Source: Candidatus Latescibacterota bacterium (GTDB lineage: Bacteria > Latescibacterota > UBA2968 > GCA-2709665). From it: DNA of 64,000 nucleotides. The translations under genes were made by a program, and so were the position numbers. The stretch lies in assembly GCA_963662665.2 (NCBI GenBank), contig CAXXJS010000040.1, positions 320,001-384,000 of the forward strand. Direction: 5' to 3'. Shown here piece by piece: positions 10,377 to 20,833 of this stretch. The number at the start of each line of letters is the position of its first letter. Within the stretch, counting starts at the first letter, position 1. Below the pieces are notes generated by a model that searched no databases, had not been told where the DNA came from, and saw only the letters and a list, made by a program, of their open reading frames with translations.

Positions 10377-10778
10377 GTGGCGGAAAAAGTCGAAAAGACC
10401 GATGACGAATGGCGGGAGATGCTCACGCCTGAACAGTACCATGTCACGAGAAGAAGCGGTACGGAGCGGGCATTTACCGGCAAATATCACGAATTCAAGG
10501 GTGAGGGGATCTACCTCTGTGTGTGTTGCGGCAACGAATTGTTCCATTCGGAAACCAAATACGATTCCTGCACGGGATGGCCGAGTTTCTGGGCGCCGAC
10601 CGATGCCACAAACGTTGAAACGGAAACGGATTCGGCCTACGGAATGGTGCGCACGGAGGTGAAGTGCAGCCGGTGCGACGCGCATCTCGGACACGTGTTC
10701 GACGACGGACCCCAACCGACAGGATTGCGGTACTGCATGAACTCCGCGGCGCTGGACTTTGAGGAGAAGGATACGTAA
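10377..10778 (+). CDS. msrB: Peptide-methionine (R)-S-oxide reductase
   Basis: [27 protein letters not shown] and RYCMNS; GTG after AAGGAGG. Confidence 0.95.
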   Translation: MAEKVEKTDDEWREMLTPEQYHVTRRSGTERAFTGKYHEFKGEGIYLCVCCGNELFHSETKYDSCTGWPSFWAPTDATNVETETDSAYGMVRTEVKCSRCDAHLGHVFDDGPQPTGLRYCMNSAALDFEEKDT

Positions 10779-10879
10779 AGAAAGGGATTGAACAGCCAGC
10801 CGCCCGGGTTAATCGCCTCACAGCGTGCGGACGGTTTGAAAACCGACCGGAAGACACCCCGTCTCTGGAGGAACCATCG

Positions 10880-11341
10880 ATGAGTTTGAATTTCGCCATC
10901 CGAGATATCGAGTCCCAGCCTATCGTCGGCATCCGCGCCACAACCTCTATGGAAGAAATCACCCAGGTCATCGGCGCCCTTTTCGGCGAGATTATGGAGT
11001 ACCTCACCAGGAACGGCGTCGCGCCGGCGGGGATGCCGTTTACCATTTACCACGAGATGGACTCTGAAAAACTGGATATGGAATGCGGGATGCCGGTGGC
11101 TTCGCCCGTTGAGGGCACCGAACGCGTTCGGCCGGGCGACTTGCCCGCCGGGAAGGTCGCGACCGTAACCCACATGGGTCCCTACGAACAGTTGGGGAAA
11201 ACGTGGTCGGCATTGATGAAATGGATGGAGGAAGAGGGCCTGCAGGCGGCGGGCGCGCCCTGGGAGGTGTACGTGACGGATCCCGGCGAGGAGCCCGATC
11301 AGTCCAAATGGCGCACCGACATCTTCTTCCCCGTGCGCTGA
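10880..11341 (+). CDS. GyrI-like small-molecule-binding domain protein
   Basis: LPAGKVATVTHMGPYEQL and WEVYVTDP...WRTDIFFPV. Confidence 0.88.
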   Translation: MSLNFAIRDIESQPIVGIRATTSMEEITQVIGALFGEIMEYLTRNGVAPAGMPFTIYHEMDSEKLDMECGMPVASPVEGTERVRPGDLPAGKVATVTHMGPYEQLGKTWSALMKWMEEEGLQAAGAPWEVYVTDPGEEPDQSKWRTDIFFPVR

Positions 11342-11450
11342 ACGGCGGCGCATGTACACGAGTTTCGGTGGAATCCCGATGGGACGATGGCGACCGGGCA
11401 TAGGCCGTTGACGAACAGACGTCGGTTAATCCTGATGTAAGGAGTTGAGA

Positions 11451-12263
11451 ATGAAATACCGCTTTGCCGAAATGATCTGGTATGAAATCAAGGAGGCCGC
11501 GGAACAGGACCGTGTTGCGGTTCTGCCGGTGGCGACGTACGAGGACCACGGTCCCCACCTTCCGGTGGATACCGACGTCGTCCTCTGTACGGAGATCTGT
11601 GAACGGGCCGTGTCGCGGATCCCGTCCGAGGCCGTCCTGGCGCCGCCGATCCCGCACGGGTACAGCCCGCACCACATGGATTTTCACGGGACGCTGACGA
11701 TCACGTGGGATACCTTCATCCGATACGTCAAGGATGTCTGCTGCAGCCTCGCCCACCATGGCTTCAAGCGGATTCTGGTGGTGAACGGCCACGGAAGCAA
11801 TACGTCGCCATTGGACCTGGCAACCCGGCTTTCGGTCATCGAATACGAGGGCAGGATTCTGTGCGGCGCCGTGAATCACTGGGGGCTCCGGATGGTGAAA
11901 GAGGTGGGACGCGAACTGAGGGAGTCGGACTACGGCGGGACCTCCCACGGCGGGGAGTTCGAGACGTCGCTGTATCTGGCTTTGAAGCCGGACCTGGTGG
12001 ACATGAGCAAGGCGGTCGACGAACGGTCGCCCCTGTCGAACAGCTTCCAGTCCGACCTTCTCGCGGGCGGCCACCCGGAGGGGTCCAGCGCGAATTTTAC
12101 GCCTTACTGGAGTACGAAGACGGCCAGCGGCGTGATGGGAGACGCGACAAAGGCCAGCCGGGAGAAGGGGGAGCAATTCCTGGAGGCGGGCATCGAGGGA
12201 CTGATCGAACTGGTTCGGGAACTCAGGGCAACGGAAGTCATGGACCGGCGCGACCAGCATTAG
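11451..12263 (+). CDS. Creatininase family amidohydrolase
   Basis: [31 protein letters not shown]. Confidence 0.9.
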   Translation: MKYRFAEMIWYEIKEAAEQDRVAVLPVATYEDHGPHLPVDTDVVLCTEICERAVSRIPSEAVLAPPIPHGYSPHHMDFHGTLTITWDTFIRYVKDVCCSLAHHGFKRILVVNGHGSNTSPLDLATRLSVIEYEGRILCGAVNHWGLRMVKEVGRELRESDYGGTSHGGEFETSLYLALKPDLVDMSKAVDERSPLSNSFQSDLLAGGHPEGSSANFTPYWSTKTASGVMGDATKASREKGEQFLEAGIEGLIELVRELRATEVMDRRDQH

Positions 12264-12282
12264 CGGACGAAAGGGCGTTTCC

Positions 12283-13284
12283 GTGAAAACGCACGTGTTC
12301 ACCAGCGGACGGGATGGGTACCACACCTACCGGATTCCGGCTGTGCTTGTCGCCCCGGACGGATCGTTGCTGGCCTTTTGCGAGGGCCGTCGGAACGACC
12401 GGAGCGATCACGGAGATATCGACCTTCTGGTGAAGCGCTCGGGTGACGGCGGAAACACATGGTCGGCCCAACGGGTCGTGTATAGCGAATCGGGAGAGAT
12501 TACGATCGGCAATCCGTGTCCCGTGGTGGACGTTGAGACCGGCACGGTCCGGATGTTGTTCTGTAGAGATAATGTCGACGTGCTGGTCACGCACAGTTCC
12601 GATAACGGTCTCACGTGGTCCACTCCGGTAGACATCACGCGGGACGTAAAGAAAAACGCGTGGACCTGGTACGCGACGGGCCCGGGGGTGGGCATTCAGC
12701 TCCGAAACGGAGTGCGCAAAGGGCGGCTCCTGATTCCCTGCGACCACCGAAACCCGGAAGCGCATGACTGCGGTTCCCATTCCGTCTACAGCGATGACGG
12801 TGGCGCGTCCTGGCGGTTGGGCGGTTCGGTCCGGCCTGGGGCCAACGAGTGCCAGTTCGGCGAACTCGCTGACGGAACCGTGGTTATGAACACGCGAATG
12901 CAGACGCACAGCGAAGGGTATCGCGGGGTCGCGTTCAGCAGGGATGGAGGGGAGTCCTGGGACGGGTTCACACACGACCGCAACCTGCCCTGCCCCAAAT
13001 GCCAGGCCAGCCTGGTTGAAGGCTCAGCCGAAGACAGCCTGTTGTTTTCGAATCCCTCGGCGCCCGCTTTGCCAAAGACCCGCGGGGGAGAGCGCGTGAA
13101 CATGACCGTCCGCCTGAGCAACGACGGAGGCAGGACCTGGCCCGCGGCGAAACTGCTGCACGCGGGCCCGTCGGCGTATTCCTGCATTGTGTTGCTTTCG
13201 GGCGGCGCGGTCGGCTGCCTGTACGAAGCGGGATTGGAATCTCCGTACGAGCACATTGTTTTCGAACGTTTCCGGATGGAATGA
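12283..13284 (+). CDS. Exo-alpha-sialidase (GH33-like)
   Basis: YRIP motif, five Asp-boxes (SxDGGxTW), SAYS and LYE catalytic region. Confidence 0.88.
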   Translation: MKTHVFTSGRDGYHTYRIPAVLVAPDGSLLAFCEGRRNDRSDHGDIDLLVKRSGDGGNTWSAQRVVYSESGEITIGNPCPVVDVETGTVRMLFCRDNVDVLVTHSSDNGLTWSTPVDITRDVKKNAWTWYATGPGVGIQLRNGVRKGRLLIPCDHRNPEAHDCGSHSVYSDDGGASWRLGGSVRPGANECQFGELADGTVVMNTRMQTHSEGYRGVAFSRDGGESWDGFTHDRNLPCPKCQASLVEGSAEDSLLFSNPSAPALPKTRGGERVNMTVRLSNDGGRTWPAAKLLHAGPSAYSCIVLLSGGAVGCLYEAGLESPYEHIVFERFRME

Positions 13285-13293
13285 GAAAAGGCC

Positions 13294-14619
13294 ATGGTTG
13301 AGACGTCGACCGAATGCGGACCTGCGGTGGAGGAACGATACCGGGCGGGCAGCCCGCGTTCCGGGGCCGCTTTCGAACGCGCCAGAGCGGTCATGCCCGG
13401 CGGGGTGAAAGGGGCGTATTTCTACAACCCCTATCCGCTGACCGTCGATCGGGGCGAGGGCTGTTATATCCATGACCTGGACGGCCGGAAACTCGTGGAC
13501 TTCAACAATCACCATACGGCGCAGATTCTGGGCCACAACCATCCGGCGGTCGTTGCGGCCGTGCGGGAGCAGGTTTCCAGGGGGATTGCGTTGAGCGCGC
13601 CCGCGGGCGTGGAGACGGGACTGGCCGAGGAGATGTGCAGGCGTGTGAAGTCCGTGGAAAAGATCCGGTTCTGCAATTCCGGCACGGAAGCGACCCTGCA
13701 CGCCATCCGACTGGCGCGGGGCGTCACCGGAAAGACGAAAATTGCCAAGTTCGAGGGCGGATATCACGGAAGCCACGACGTGGTGGAGGTGAGTGTGGCG
13801 CCGCCGCTTGACAAGGCCGGGCCCGCGGCGGCGCCACATTCGGTTTCCACGGCGGGGGGCGCCTCGCCGAATGCCGCCGGCGAAGTGGTGGTCCTGCCGT
13901 ATAACGATGAAAACGCCGTAGAGAGACTGCTCGCGCGGTACAGGAACGAACTGGCATGCGTGATATTCGATCCGCGGGCGGGAATTCTCGCGCAGCGCCC
14001 TGAGTTTGCGCAGTTCGTATGCGACATGGCGCGGCGGCACAACGTACCGGTGATATTCGACGAGATTGTGGGATTCCGGGTCGGTACCGGAGGTCTGCAG
14101 GCGCACTATGGCATCGAGCCGGATCTGACGACGTTTGGAAAGGTCATCGGCGGTGGATTTCCGGTGGGCGCCTTCGGAGGCCGGGCCGACCTGATGGATC
14201 GCTTCGACTCATCCCGGGGGCCGACAGGTTTCTTTCAAAGCGGCACGTTCAGCGGGCATCCCGTGGCCATGGCCGCGGGTCTGGCGACCATGAACCAGCT
14301 GACGCCGGACGTGTTCGCGCACCTGAACCGGCTGGGAACGCGGCTCAGGAACGGGTTGAACCACCTGTTTGCAGAGCGTGACGTGGATGCGACGGCGGTG
14401 GGCGTGGGATCGCTGTTCAGCATTCATTTTTCAGATGAAGCGATGTTGAATTACCGACACCTTGCCGGAACGGACAAGGCGGCGGCGCACCTTCTGCTTC
14501 TCGGTCTGATCGAACAGGGATATTTCCTGGGAAACGGACTGTTGATGTGCGCCGTCTCCGCGCCGATGGATGAAGGCCACGTGGATGGATTGATCGAGGC
14601 GGTTGGACGGGCGATCTGA
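13294..14619 (+). CDS. Class III aminotransferase, glutamate-1-semialdehyde aminomutase-like
   Basis: NSGTEA, FEGGYHG, FDEIVGFR, FGKVIGGGFPVG, SGTFSGHP. Confidence 0.88.
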   Translation: MVETSTECGPAVEERYRAGSPRSGAAFERARAVMPGGVKGAYFYNPYPLTVDRGEGCYIHDLDGRKLVDFNNHHTAQILGHNHPAVVAAVREQVSRGIALSAPAGVETGLAEEMCRRVKSVEKIRFCNSGTEATLHAIRLARGVTGKTKIAKFEGGYHGSHDVVEVSVAPPLDKAGPAAAPHSVSTAGGASPNAAGEVVVLPYNDENAVERLLARYRNELACVIFDPRAGILAQRPEFAQFVCDMARRHNVPVIFDEIVGFRVGTGGLQAHYGIEPDLTTFGKVIGGGFPVGAFGGRADLMDRFDSSRGPTGFFQSGTFSGHPVAMAAGLATMNQLTPDVFAHLNRLGTRLRNGLNHLFAERDVDATAVGVGSLFSIHFSDEAMLNYRHLAGTDKAAAHLLLLGLIEQGYFLGNGLLMCAVSAPMDEGHVDGLIEAVGRAI

Positions 14620-14742
14620 GACTCCGGCCAGTTGTGTCCAAACGGGTTTCCGCTTTGCGCGGCGCCGTTCACTTTCGCCTGTCTGGTTGCTGCTGAACAA
14701 CGGGAAGCCGCGATCGGGACGTTGTTTCAGGAGGATATTGAA

Positions 14743-15510
14743 ATGCGATACATCGACACGCACGCCCATCTGGGGCCGTGGTTTGACGAAATCACGACGT
14801 TTTCAGCCGAGGGCTTCGTGGCAATGCAGGAACGGGCAGGCATCGAGCGCACCGTGGTCACGTCCGGGTCCGCCCTGTTTACGGAATTGATTTATGGCAA
14901 TGAATGGACCATTCAACAGGCGGAGGCACTGGAACACCTGCTCGTCTGGCTCGTGCTGAATCCGTTGAAAATGGGCGAATCGCTGGAGTTGCTGGACCGT
15001 TTCAAGGACCATCCCAAGGTCGCGGGCTTCAAGATCCACCCGGTCCAGCACAAGTACCCGGCGGACATCAAGCCCACCTTCCGGCTTTTCGAAAAGCTGG
15101 AGCCGCTCGGGCTTCCGGTGCTTTCCCACGGAGAGAACGAGTCCTACGCGGCCCCGGCCCGGTTGCGGAGGCTGGCCGAAGCCTTTCCGTCCATAACGGT
15201 AATCACCGCGCATTTCGGCGCGGGTCAGCCGGGCCAGACCTACGAGGCCATCGACGCGCTCCAGGACTGCAAAACGGGAAACCTTTACACGGATATGGGT
15301 ACGGCAAGGGCGATTCGCACGGGCATGATCGGTCTGGTGGTGCGAGAAGTGGGGGCGGACAGGGTGTTGTTCGGTACGGATTCGCCTCTGTACGAACCGA
15401 TGGCGTTCCCCGCGCTGCTGGCCGCGGCGGATATAACTGACGACGAACGCGAACAGATCGCCTACAGGAACGCGGAGCGGCTCGTGCTGGCGCCGAAGGG
15501 ATTGTCGTAG
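14743..15510 (+). CDS. Amidohydrolase family 2 protein
   Basis: IDTHAH, GFKIHP, AHFG, LFGTDSP; AGGAGG RBS. Confidence 0.85.
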   Translation: MRYIDTHAHLGPWFDEITTFSAEGFVAMQERAGIERTVVTSGSALFTELIYGNEWTIQQAEALEHLLVWLVLNPLKMGESLELLDRFKDHPKVAGFKIHPVQHKYPADIKPTFRLFEKLEPLGLPVLSHGENESYAAPARLRRLAEAFPSITVITAHFGAGQPGQTYEAIDALQDCKTGNLYTDMGTARAIRTGMIGLVVREVGADRVLFGTDSPLYEPMAFPALLAAADITDDEREQIAYRNAERLVLAPKGLS

Positions 15511-15555
15511 ACACTGTCGACGTTGTTGAGGTCATGCGTCCGGAGGAATCGACTG

Positions 15556-16908
15556 ATGAAACTGGATGGTCGCCGGCGGCGGCTGCTTGAACGGACATTT
15601 CTGGATTATCAGCAGACGTCGGCCTTCATGGAGCATCCGTTCATCGTCAAGAGAGCGCACGGACTTCACTATTGGGATACGGACGGCAAGCGTTATTTCG
15701 ACGGTATCGGCGGCATTTTCGTGGCCTCGCTCGGACACGGGCATCCCAGGGTTCTGGAGGCCATGCGAAGGCAGGCGGAGACGCTGGGATTCTCGCCGCC
15801 AATGCACGGGCTTTCGGACGTTGCGCTGGATTTCGTCGAGAAACTGAGCGAGGTGACGCCGGAGAATCTGAATTTCATCAAGTCCTACAGCGGCGGGTCC
15901 GAAGCGGTCGAATCCGCCCTGAAGTTCACCCGGCAGTATTTCAGGCAAAACGGGCACCCGGGCAAGTACAAGTTCGTCAGCAGATACTTCGGGTATCACG
16001 GCGCCACGTTCGGCGCGATGGCGGCCAGCGGGACGGGAAAACGCAAGACGCCGTTCGAACCCCAGGCGGGCGGATTCCTGAAAGTATTCCCGCCAACCTA
16101 TTACAGAGACCGTTTTGCTTCCTGGGAGGAATGCAATCGTTTCTGTGCGCAGATGTTCGAGGATGTGATCGTCAACGAAGACCCGGATACGGTGGCGGGC
16201 GTCATTCTGGAACCGATCGGCAATACCGGCGGAATCATCACACCCACCGGGGAATATTTCCGGATTATCCGTGACGTCTGCGACCGGCACAACGTAATGT
16301 TGATCTACGACGAGATCATTACGGGGTTCGGCAAAACCGGCTCGATGTTCGCCGCCCAGACGTTCGGGGTCACTCCCGACATTATCTGTGCCGGCAAGGG
16401 GATCTCGAGCGGGGCGTATCCGGTGGGCGCGATGGTGGCGCGGGAAGATATGGGAGACGTGTTTCTCGGTCCGGTGGAGGCCGACGTCAACTTTGCGCAC
16501 GGGCATACGTTTGCGGCCAATCCCGTCGCCTGCGCCGTGGGAATGGCCGTGATCGACGAAATCGTGGAACAGGAGCTGGATCGCAAGGCCGGGGAACTCG
16601 GCCGATATCTGGCATCGAAGCTTGAAGGGTTGAAGGACCTGGGCGTGGTGCGCGAGGTGCGGGGACGGGGGTTGCTGCAGGGCGTGGAACTGGTGAGGGA
16701 TACGAAGACTATGGCCCCGTTTCCTGAACTGGGCCGGGCGCTGAAGAGGACGACGCTGGAGAACGGGCTGCTGATCCGGATCGACCCCACGTGGTTTGCC
16801 GTGAGCCCGGCGTTGATCGTGCAGCGCGAGGACATCGACGAACTGTGCGATCTCGTCAGGAAGAGCCTGATTGAGGCGCTGGAGCAGGTTAAATCGGGAA
16901 GACCTTGA
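15556..16908 (+). CDS. Class III aminotransferase (omega-amine / BioA-like)
   Basis: GGSEAVE, YHGAT, DEIITGFGKTG, AGKGISSG, HGHTF. Confidence 0.9.
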   Translation: MKLDGRRRRLLERTFLDYQQTSAFMEHPFIVKRAHGLHYWDTDGKRYFDGIGGIFVASLGHGHPRVLEAMRRQAETLGFSPPMHGLSDVALDFVEKLSEVTPENLNFIKSYSGGSEAVESALKFTRQYFRQNGHPGKYKFVSRYFGYHGATFGAMAASGTGKRKTPFEPQAGGFLKVFPPTYYRDRFASWEECNRFCAQMFEDVIVNEDPDTVAGVILEPIGNTGGIITPTGEYFRIIRDVCDRHNVMLIYDEIITGFGKTGSMFAAQTFGVTPDIICAGKGISSGAYPVGAMVAREDMGDVFLGPVEADVNFAHGHTFAANPVACAVGMAVIDEIVEQELDRKAGELGRYLASKLEGLKDLGVVREVRGRGLLQGVELVRDTKTMAPFPELGRALKRTTLENGLLIRIDPTWFAVSPALIVQREDIDELCDLVRKSLIEALEQVKSGRP

Positions 16909-16920
16909 AAGGAGGCGCAG

Positions 16921-17586
16921 ATGACGACAATGAGAACGACGGCACTCTTGTGTTTCCTGCTGCTGGCGGCACCGGAGATGATATGTGCCGGCGTAATGGA
17001 AAGGCGGTCCCGGATTGAACTCAGGATGGGACTGCGGAATCACGGTGGAACAACAGGCGCAACGACAAGCGTTGGTCCATTGGGCGTTGAAACTACCGCT
17101 GGAGCGAATGACGTTTCTTTCTCGTTGGGCTACTCGCACTGGTTGAGGGGCAACGTTGCCGGTCACGCCACGCTGGGCGTCCTGTCAGTGGAGGCGAGTT
17201 CACGCGCCGGGCCCCTGGGCGTCTCCCAGCAGGCGGCGGTTATCTGTCCCATGATTGTCGGCATGAGATACTATCCGCGCAAGCTGTCGCTCGAGACCAC
17301 GTTCAGGCCCTTTCTGACTGCAGGCATAGGGCTCATCACCGGGATTCAATCCAGAAGCGACGTCGGTTTACAGGTTGTGCAGGAATCAGGCGCCATGACA
17401 ACGTTCGGAAGCAGGGCCGGAGTGGGGTTCGACCTGGGGATGGGTGGATCTTTTGTGGCGATTGCAGACCTCGGATACAACCTGATGACGGACTTTTCTC
17501 ACGAGATAGGCGGCCGGCGCAACTACAGCGGGCTTGAATTCGGTCTGGGGATTGGCTGGCAATTCGGGGCGCGCGCCAATCAATGA
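16921..17586 (+). CDS. Outer-membrane beta-barrel protein (OmpW/OmpA-like)
   Basis: Signal peptide, amphipathic strands, FRPFLTAGIG, terminal GIGWQF. Confidence 0.7.
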   Translation: MTTMRTTALLCFLLLAAPEMICAGVMERRSRIELRMGLRNHGGTTGATTSVGPLGVETTAGANDVSFSLGYSHWLRGNVAGHATLGVLSVEASSRAGPLGVSQQAAVICPMIVGMRYYPRKLSLETTFRPFLTAGIGLITGIQSRSDVGLQVVQESGAMTTFGSRAGVGFDLGMGGSFVAIADLGYNLMTDFSHEIGGRRNYSGLEFGLGIGWQFGARANQ

Positions 17587-17640
17587 GCAGGATGCATTAA
17601 AGCACAAGTAACGCGCCGGACCGCATCAGCCGTCGCCGGC

Positions 17641-17832
17641 CCCTTCGACAGGCTCAGGGATCGGCTCGGCTTCTGCGACTCCCCCTCAAGGGGGGAGTGA
17701 TTAAACCTTCAAACGGGCTCGCCCGATCATTGCCACCTGTTTGGTTGCGGCTGAGCATAGCGAAGCCGCGCTGGGTATTGATACTTTGAAACTGCTCCTG
17801 GTTTCCAATCCTGCTTAATCCTGTAAATCCTG
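17641..17832. repeat. Cluster of four different short REP-like/tandem elements
   Basis: CCCTTCGACAGGCTCAGGGA (17641); ACTCCCCCTCAAGGGGGGAGT (17678); TTGGTTGCGGCT..AGCCGCG (17741); AATCCTG three times (17807-17832). Confidence 0.65.
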
Positions 17833-17868
17833 ATCGGTTTTTGAATTAACGAGATCCAGGAGGTCGTA

Positions 17869-18969
17869 ATGGCGAATTACCGCGTGGCGATCATCGGCAC
17901 GGGTCGCGTGGGATACCAGTTCAGTTTCGGGGATCTGCCGGACAACCACGCCGATACGTTGCGGCAACATCCAAACTGCGAACTGGTGGCGGGTGTGAAC
18001 CGCGGGCGCGAAAAACTGGATATTTTCGGGAAGCGCTACGGGATAGACGCGCTTTTTCACGACTACCGTCGAATGCTGAACGAAGTCAGGCCGGATATCT
18101 GTATTGTGGCCACACATCCGGAATTGCATTGCGAAATGGTGGAAACATGCGCCGCGGCGCCCGAGACGAAGGCAATCATCTGCGAAAAACCGATGGCGCT
18201 GTCCCTGGAGGAATGCGACCGGATGATTAACGCCTGCGACAACGCGGGCATCCTGCTGCAGGTCAATCACAACCGCCGGTGGTCTCCCGAGTGGAATCTG
18301 GGACTGCGGCTGCTGCGGGACGGCGCGATTGGCAAGCTGAACCACATCTATTGCTATATGGACGGCGGCAAGCCGGACCCTTCGTGGCGAAGCGAAAACG
18401 AGGGGCCGTTTCTGCACGACTTTACCCACTACTTCGACCTGATGGATATGTACGCCGGGGAGGTGGCCTGGTTGTGCGGGATGGCGGAGCAGCGGATGCG
18501 TCCCTGGGCCGTGGAGGACTTCGGCGCGGCGATCATGAAATTCAGGAACGGTGCGACGGGTCTGGTCCATGGCGCCGAGTTGACATCCTATACGGACAAT
18601 GCGTTCGAGTTGCGCGGGACGGAGGGCGTGATCCGTTTTCTCGGTGAACGGGTCCATTTCTACCGCGCGGTGGAGGACGACTACGAACCGGACAGCGGGT
18701 TTCAGTGGCATTCCCTTCAGCACACACCCGTCGACCATCCATCGCCCGCGTCTACGTACGTCGTCGCGCTGAACGAACTGGTCGATGCGCTGGAGGGCCG
18801 AGGGGAATTGCAAAGCGACGGACGGGTAGGGCTGCGATCATTGGAGATGGTAATGGCGATCTACCAGTCCCAGCTGGCGGGGAACCGGCCAGTCGATTTC
18901 CCGCTCCAGGCGCGCGGCTCGGGTGTGGCGGCCCTGCGGGATGCGGGACAGTTTGTCGATCGGCAATGA
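17869..18969 (+). CDS. Gfo/Idh/MocA family oxidoreductase
   Basis: IIGTG, CEKPMA, NHNRRW. Confidence 0.9.
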   Translation: MANYRVAIIGTGRVGYQFSFGDLPDNHADTLRQHPNCELVAGVNRGREKLDIFGKRYGIDALFHDYRRMLNEVRPDICIVATHPELHCEMVETCAAAPETKAIICEKPMALSLEECDRMINACDNAGILLQVNHNRRWSPEWNLGLRLLRDGAIGKLNHIYCYMDGGKPDPSWRSENEGPFLHDFTHYFDLMDMYAGEVAWLCGMAEQRMRPWAVEDFGAAIMKFRNGATGLVHGAELTSYTDNAFELRGTEGVIRFLGERVHFYRAVEDDYEPDSGFQWHSLQHTPVDHPSPASTYVVALNELVDALEGRGELQSDGRVGLRSLEMVMAIYQSQLAGNRPVDFPLQARGSGVAALRDAGQFVDRQ

Positions 18970-18997
18970 GTGTCATTCAGCAGAGAAGAGGATTGCA

Positions 18998-20833
18998 ATG
19001 GCGGAGTCCGAAGTGCGGGGATCGTGGATCGAATACGACGTAGTCGTCCGGCGGAACGTGATGGTGCCCATGCGGGACGGCGTGAAGCTGGCGACGGACC
19101 TGTATTTCCCGGCGAAGCACGGGGCCATTGTTCCGGGCGCATTTCCCGCGGTGATCGAGCGCACGCCGTACGATAAGGAATCGAAATTCAGCGAGGGTCG
19201 GTATCTTGCGCGGAGAGGCTACGTGGCCGTCCGGCAGGACGTCCGCGGGCGGTTTGAATCCGAGGGCCTGTGGCATCCGTTTGCAAAGGAGGCGCCGGAC
19301 GGGTACGATACCGTGGAGTGGGTGGCCGCGCAGCCCTGGTGCGACGGAAACGTGGGCACGATGGGCGGGTCCTACTGCGGAAGCGACCAGAGCGCGCTTG
19401 CCACCCTGAATCCGCCCCACCTGAAAGCCATGGTCGTCGCGGTGGGCACGTCGAACTATCACACCAGTTCGATGCGGCAGAACGGCGCGCTGGAATTGCG
19501 GTTCATGATCTATGCGTTCAGGATGGCAACCACAAGCAAGGAGGCGCTGGGGGATGCGACGCTGAAGGCCGCATTGGACGCTGATTTCGCGAGGGTCGGC
19601 GAGTGGCTGACGCGGACGCCCTACAGGAAGGGATCTTCCGCACTGCGGCATCTACCATCTTATGAACAGTGGGTCCTGGATCTTCTGGGAGAAGGAGATT
19701 TCAACGACTATTGGAAGCAACGCGGATACGCAATCGACCACTACTACGACGAGCACGCGGACGTGCCCACGATATATCTGGGCGGGTGGTACGACACATA
19801 TACCCGCGGGACCACCGCTAATTACGTGGCGCTGTCGAAGCGGATGAAGTCCCCGCAGCATCTCTTTATGGGCCCGTGGACCCACGGCGGTTGGGGCAAT
19901 TCCTTCGCGGGAGACGTGGACTTCGGGTCGGAGTCCGTCCTGGACGATTACGACGGATACCGGCTTAGCTGGTTCGACCGGTGGTTGAAGGGAATGGACA
20001 ACGGCGTGGACCGCGAAAAGCCGGTACGTATATTCGTGATGGGTGGCGGCGACGGACGCAGGAACCGGGAAGGGCGACTGTCCTATATGGGGGTCTGGCG
20101 CGACGTGGAGGACTGGCCGCTGCCCGGGACGCTGTTTACGCCGTACTATCTTCACCCGGACGGCGGAATCGGAGAGGACGTACCGGTAGCTTCCGAGCCC
20201 AGTCGATACACGTTCGATCCCCGGGACCCGGTTCCCACGGTCGGCGGCAATCTGTCCGCCGGGGATCCGATTCTCGTGGCCGGTGCGTACGATCAGCGCG
20301 GCGATTCGCGTTTTTATGGATGCAGGGACAGCCTGCCGCTATCCGCCCGGAGCGACGTCCTCGTCTTTCAGACGCCCGAATTGAAGGAACCCCTGGAAGT
20401 GACCGGGCCGTTGACGATGAAATTGTGGGTATCTTCCTCCGCAGCGGATACAGACTTTACGGTGAAGCTGATCGACGTTCATCCCCCGAATGAGGATTAT
20501 CCCGACGGCTTCGCTCAGAATATTACGGACAGCATCGTCAGGGGGCGTTATCGGAATTCGCGGGATAATCCGGAGTTGATGTCGCCGGGCGAAATCTACG
20601 AACTGGAGATCGTAATGTATCCAACCTCCACCGTATTCGACGCGGGCCACCGGATCAGGGTGGACGTCTCAAGCAGCAATTTCCCCAGGTTCGATGTCAA
20701 TCCGAATACGGGCGGTACTTTGGGCCGGGACCGCCGGGTTGTGCTGGCGGAAAACGTGATCTATCACGACCCGGATCACCCCTCTCATATTGTCCTTCCC
20801 GTTATTCCGGAGTCCCGGCAGGAAAATGGATAA
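18998..20833 (+). CDS. CocE/NonD family hydrolase (X-Pro dipeptidyl peptidase-like)
   Basis: PMRDGVKLATD, QDVRGR, GGSY nucleophile, GWYD, GPWTH, SSSNFPRF. Confidence 0.92.
   Translation: MAESEVRGSWIEYDVVVRRNVMVPMRDGVKLATDLYFPAKHGAIVPGAFPAVIERTPYDKESKFSEGRYLARRGYVAVRQDVRGRFESEGLWHPFAKEAPDGYDTVEWVAAQPWCDGNVGTMGGSYCGSDQSALATLNPPHLKAMVVAVGTSNYHTSSMRQNGALELRFMIYAFRMATTSKEALGDATLKAALDADFARVGEWLTRTPYRKGSSALRHLPSYEQWVLDLLGEGDFNDYWKQRGYAIDHYYDEHADVPTIYLGGWYDTYTRGTTANYVALSKRMKSPQHLFMGPWTHGGWGNSFAGDVDFGSESVLDDYDGYRLSWFDRWLKGMDNGVDREKPVRIFVMGGGDGRRNREGRLSYMGVWRDVEDWPLPGTLFTPYYLHPDGGIGEDVPVASEPSRYTFDPRDPVPTVGGNLSAGDPILVAGAYDQRGDSRFYGCRDSLPLSARSDVLVFQTPELKEPLEVTGPLTMKLWVSSSAADTDFTVKLIDVHPPNEDYPDGFAQNITDSIVRGRYRNSRDNPELMSPGEIYELEIVMYPTSTVFDAGHRIRVDVSSSNFPRFDVNPNTGGTLGRDRRVVLAENVIYHDPDHPSHIVLPVIPESRQENG

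Noticed and set aside
10377-10778. Possible selenoprotein MsrB
   Set aside because: The catalytic residue is Cys (RYCMNS); there is no in-frame TGA.
11451-12263. Assignment as mycofactocin peptidase mftE
   Set aside because: No mftA/B/C or radical SAM gene in the window.
13294-14619. Assignment as hemL
   Set aside because: The context is catabolic with no hem genes, and the sequence diverges from HemL; kept as a family-level call.
15532-17166. Long antisense ORF (544 aa); likewise 43433-45085, 51950-53680, 54578-56068 and 11040-12326
   Set aside because: Shadow ORFs opposite well-supported genes, expected from high-GC codon bias; no recognisable motifs.
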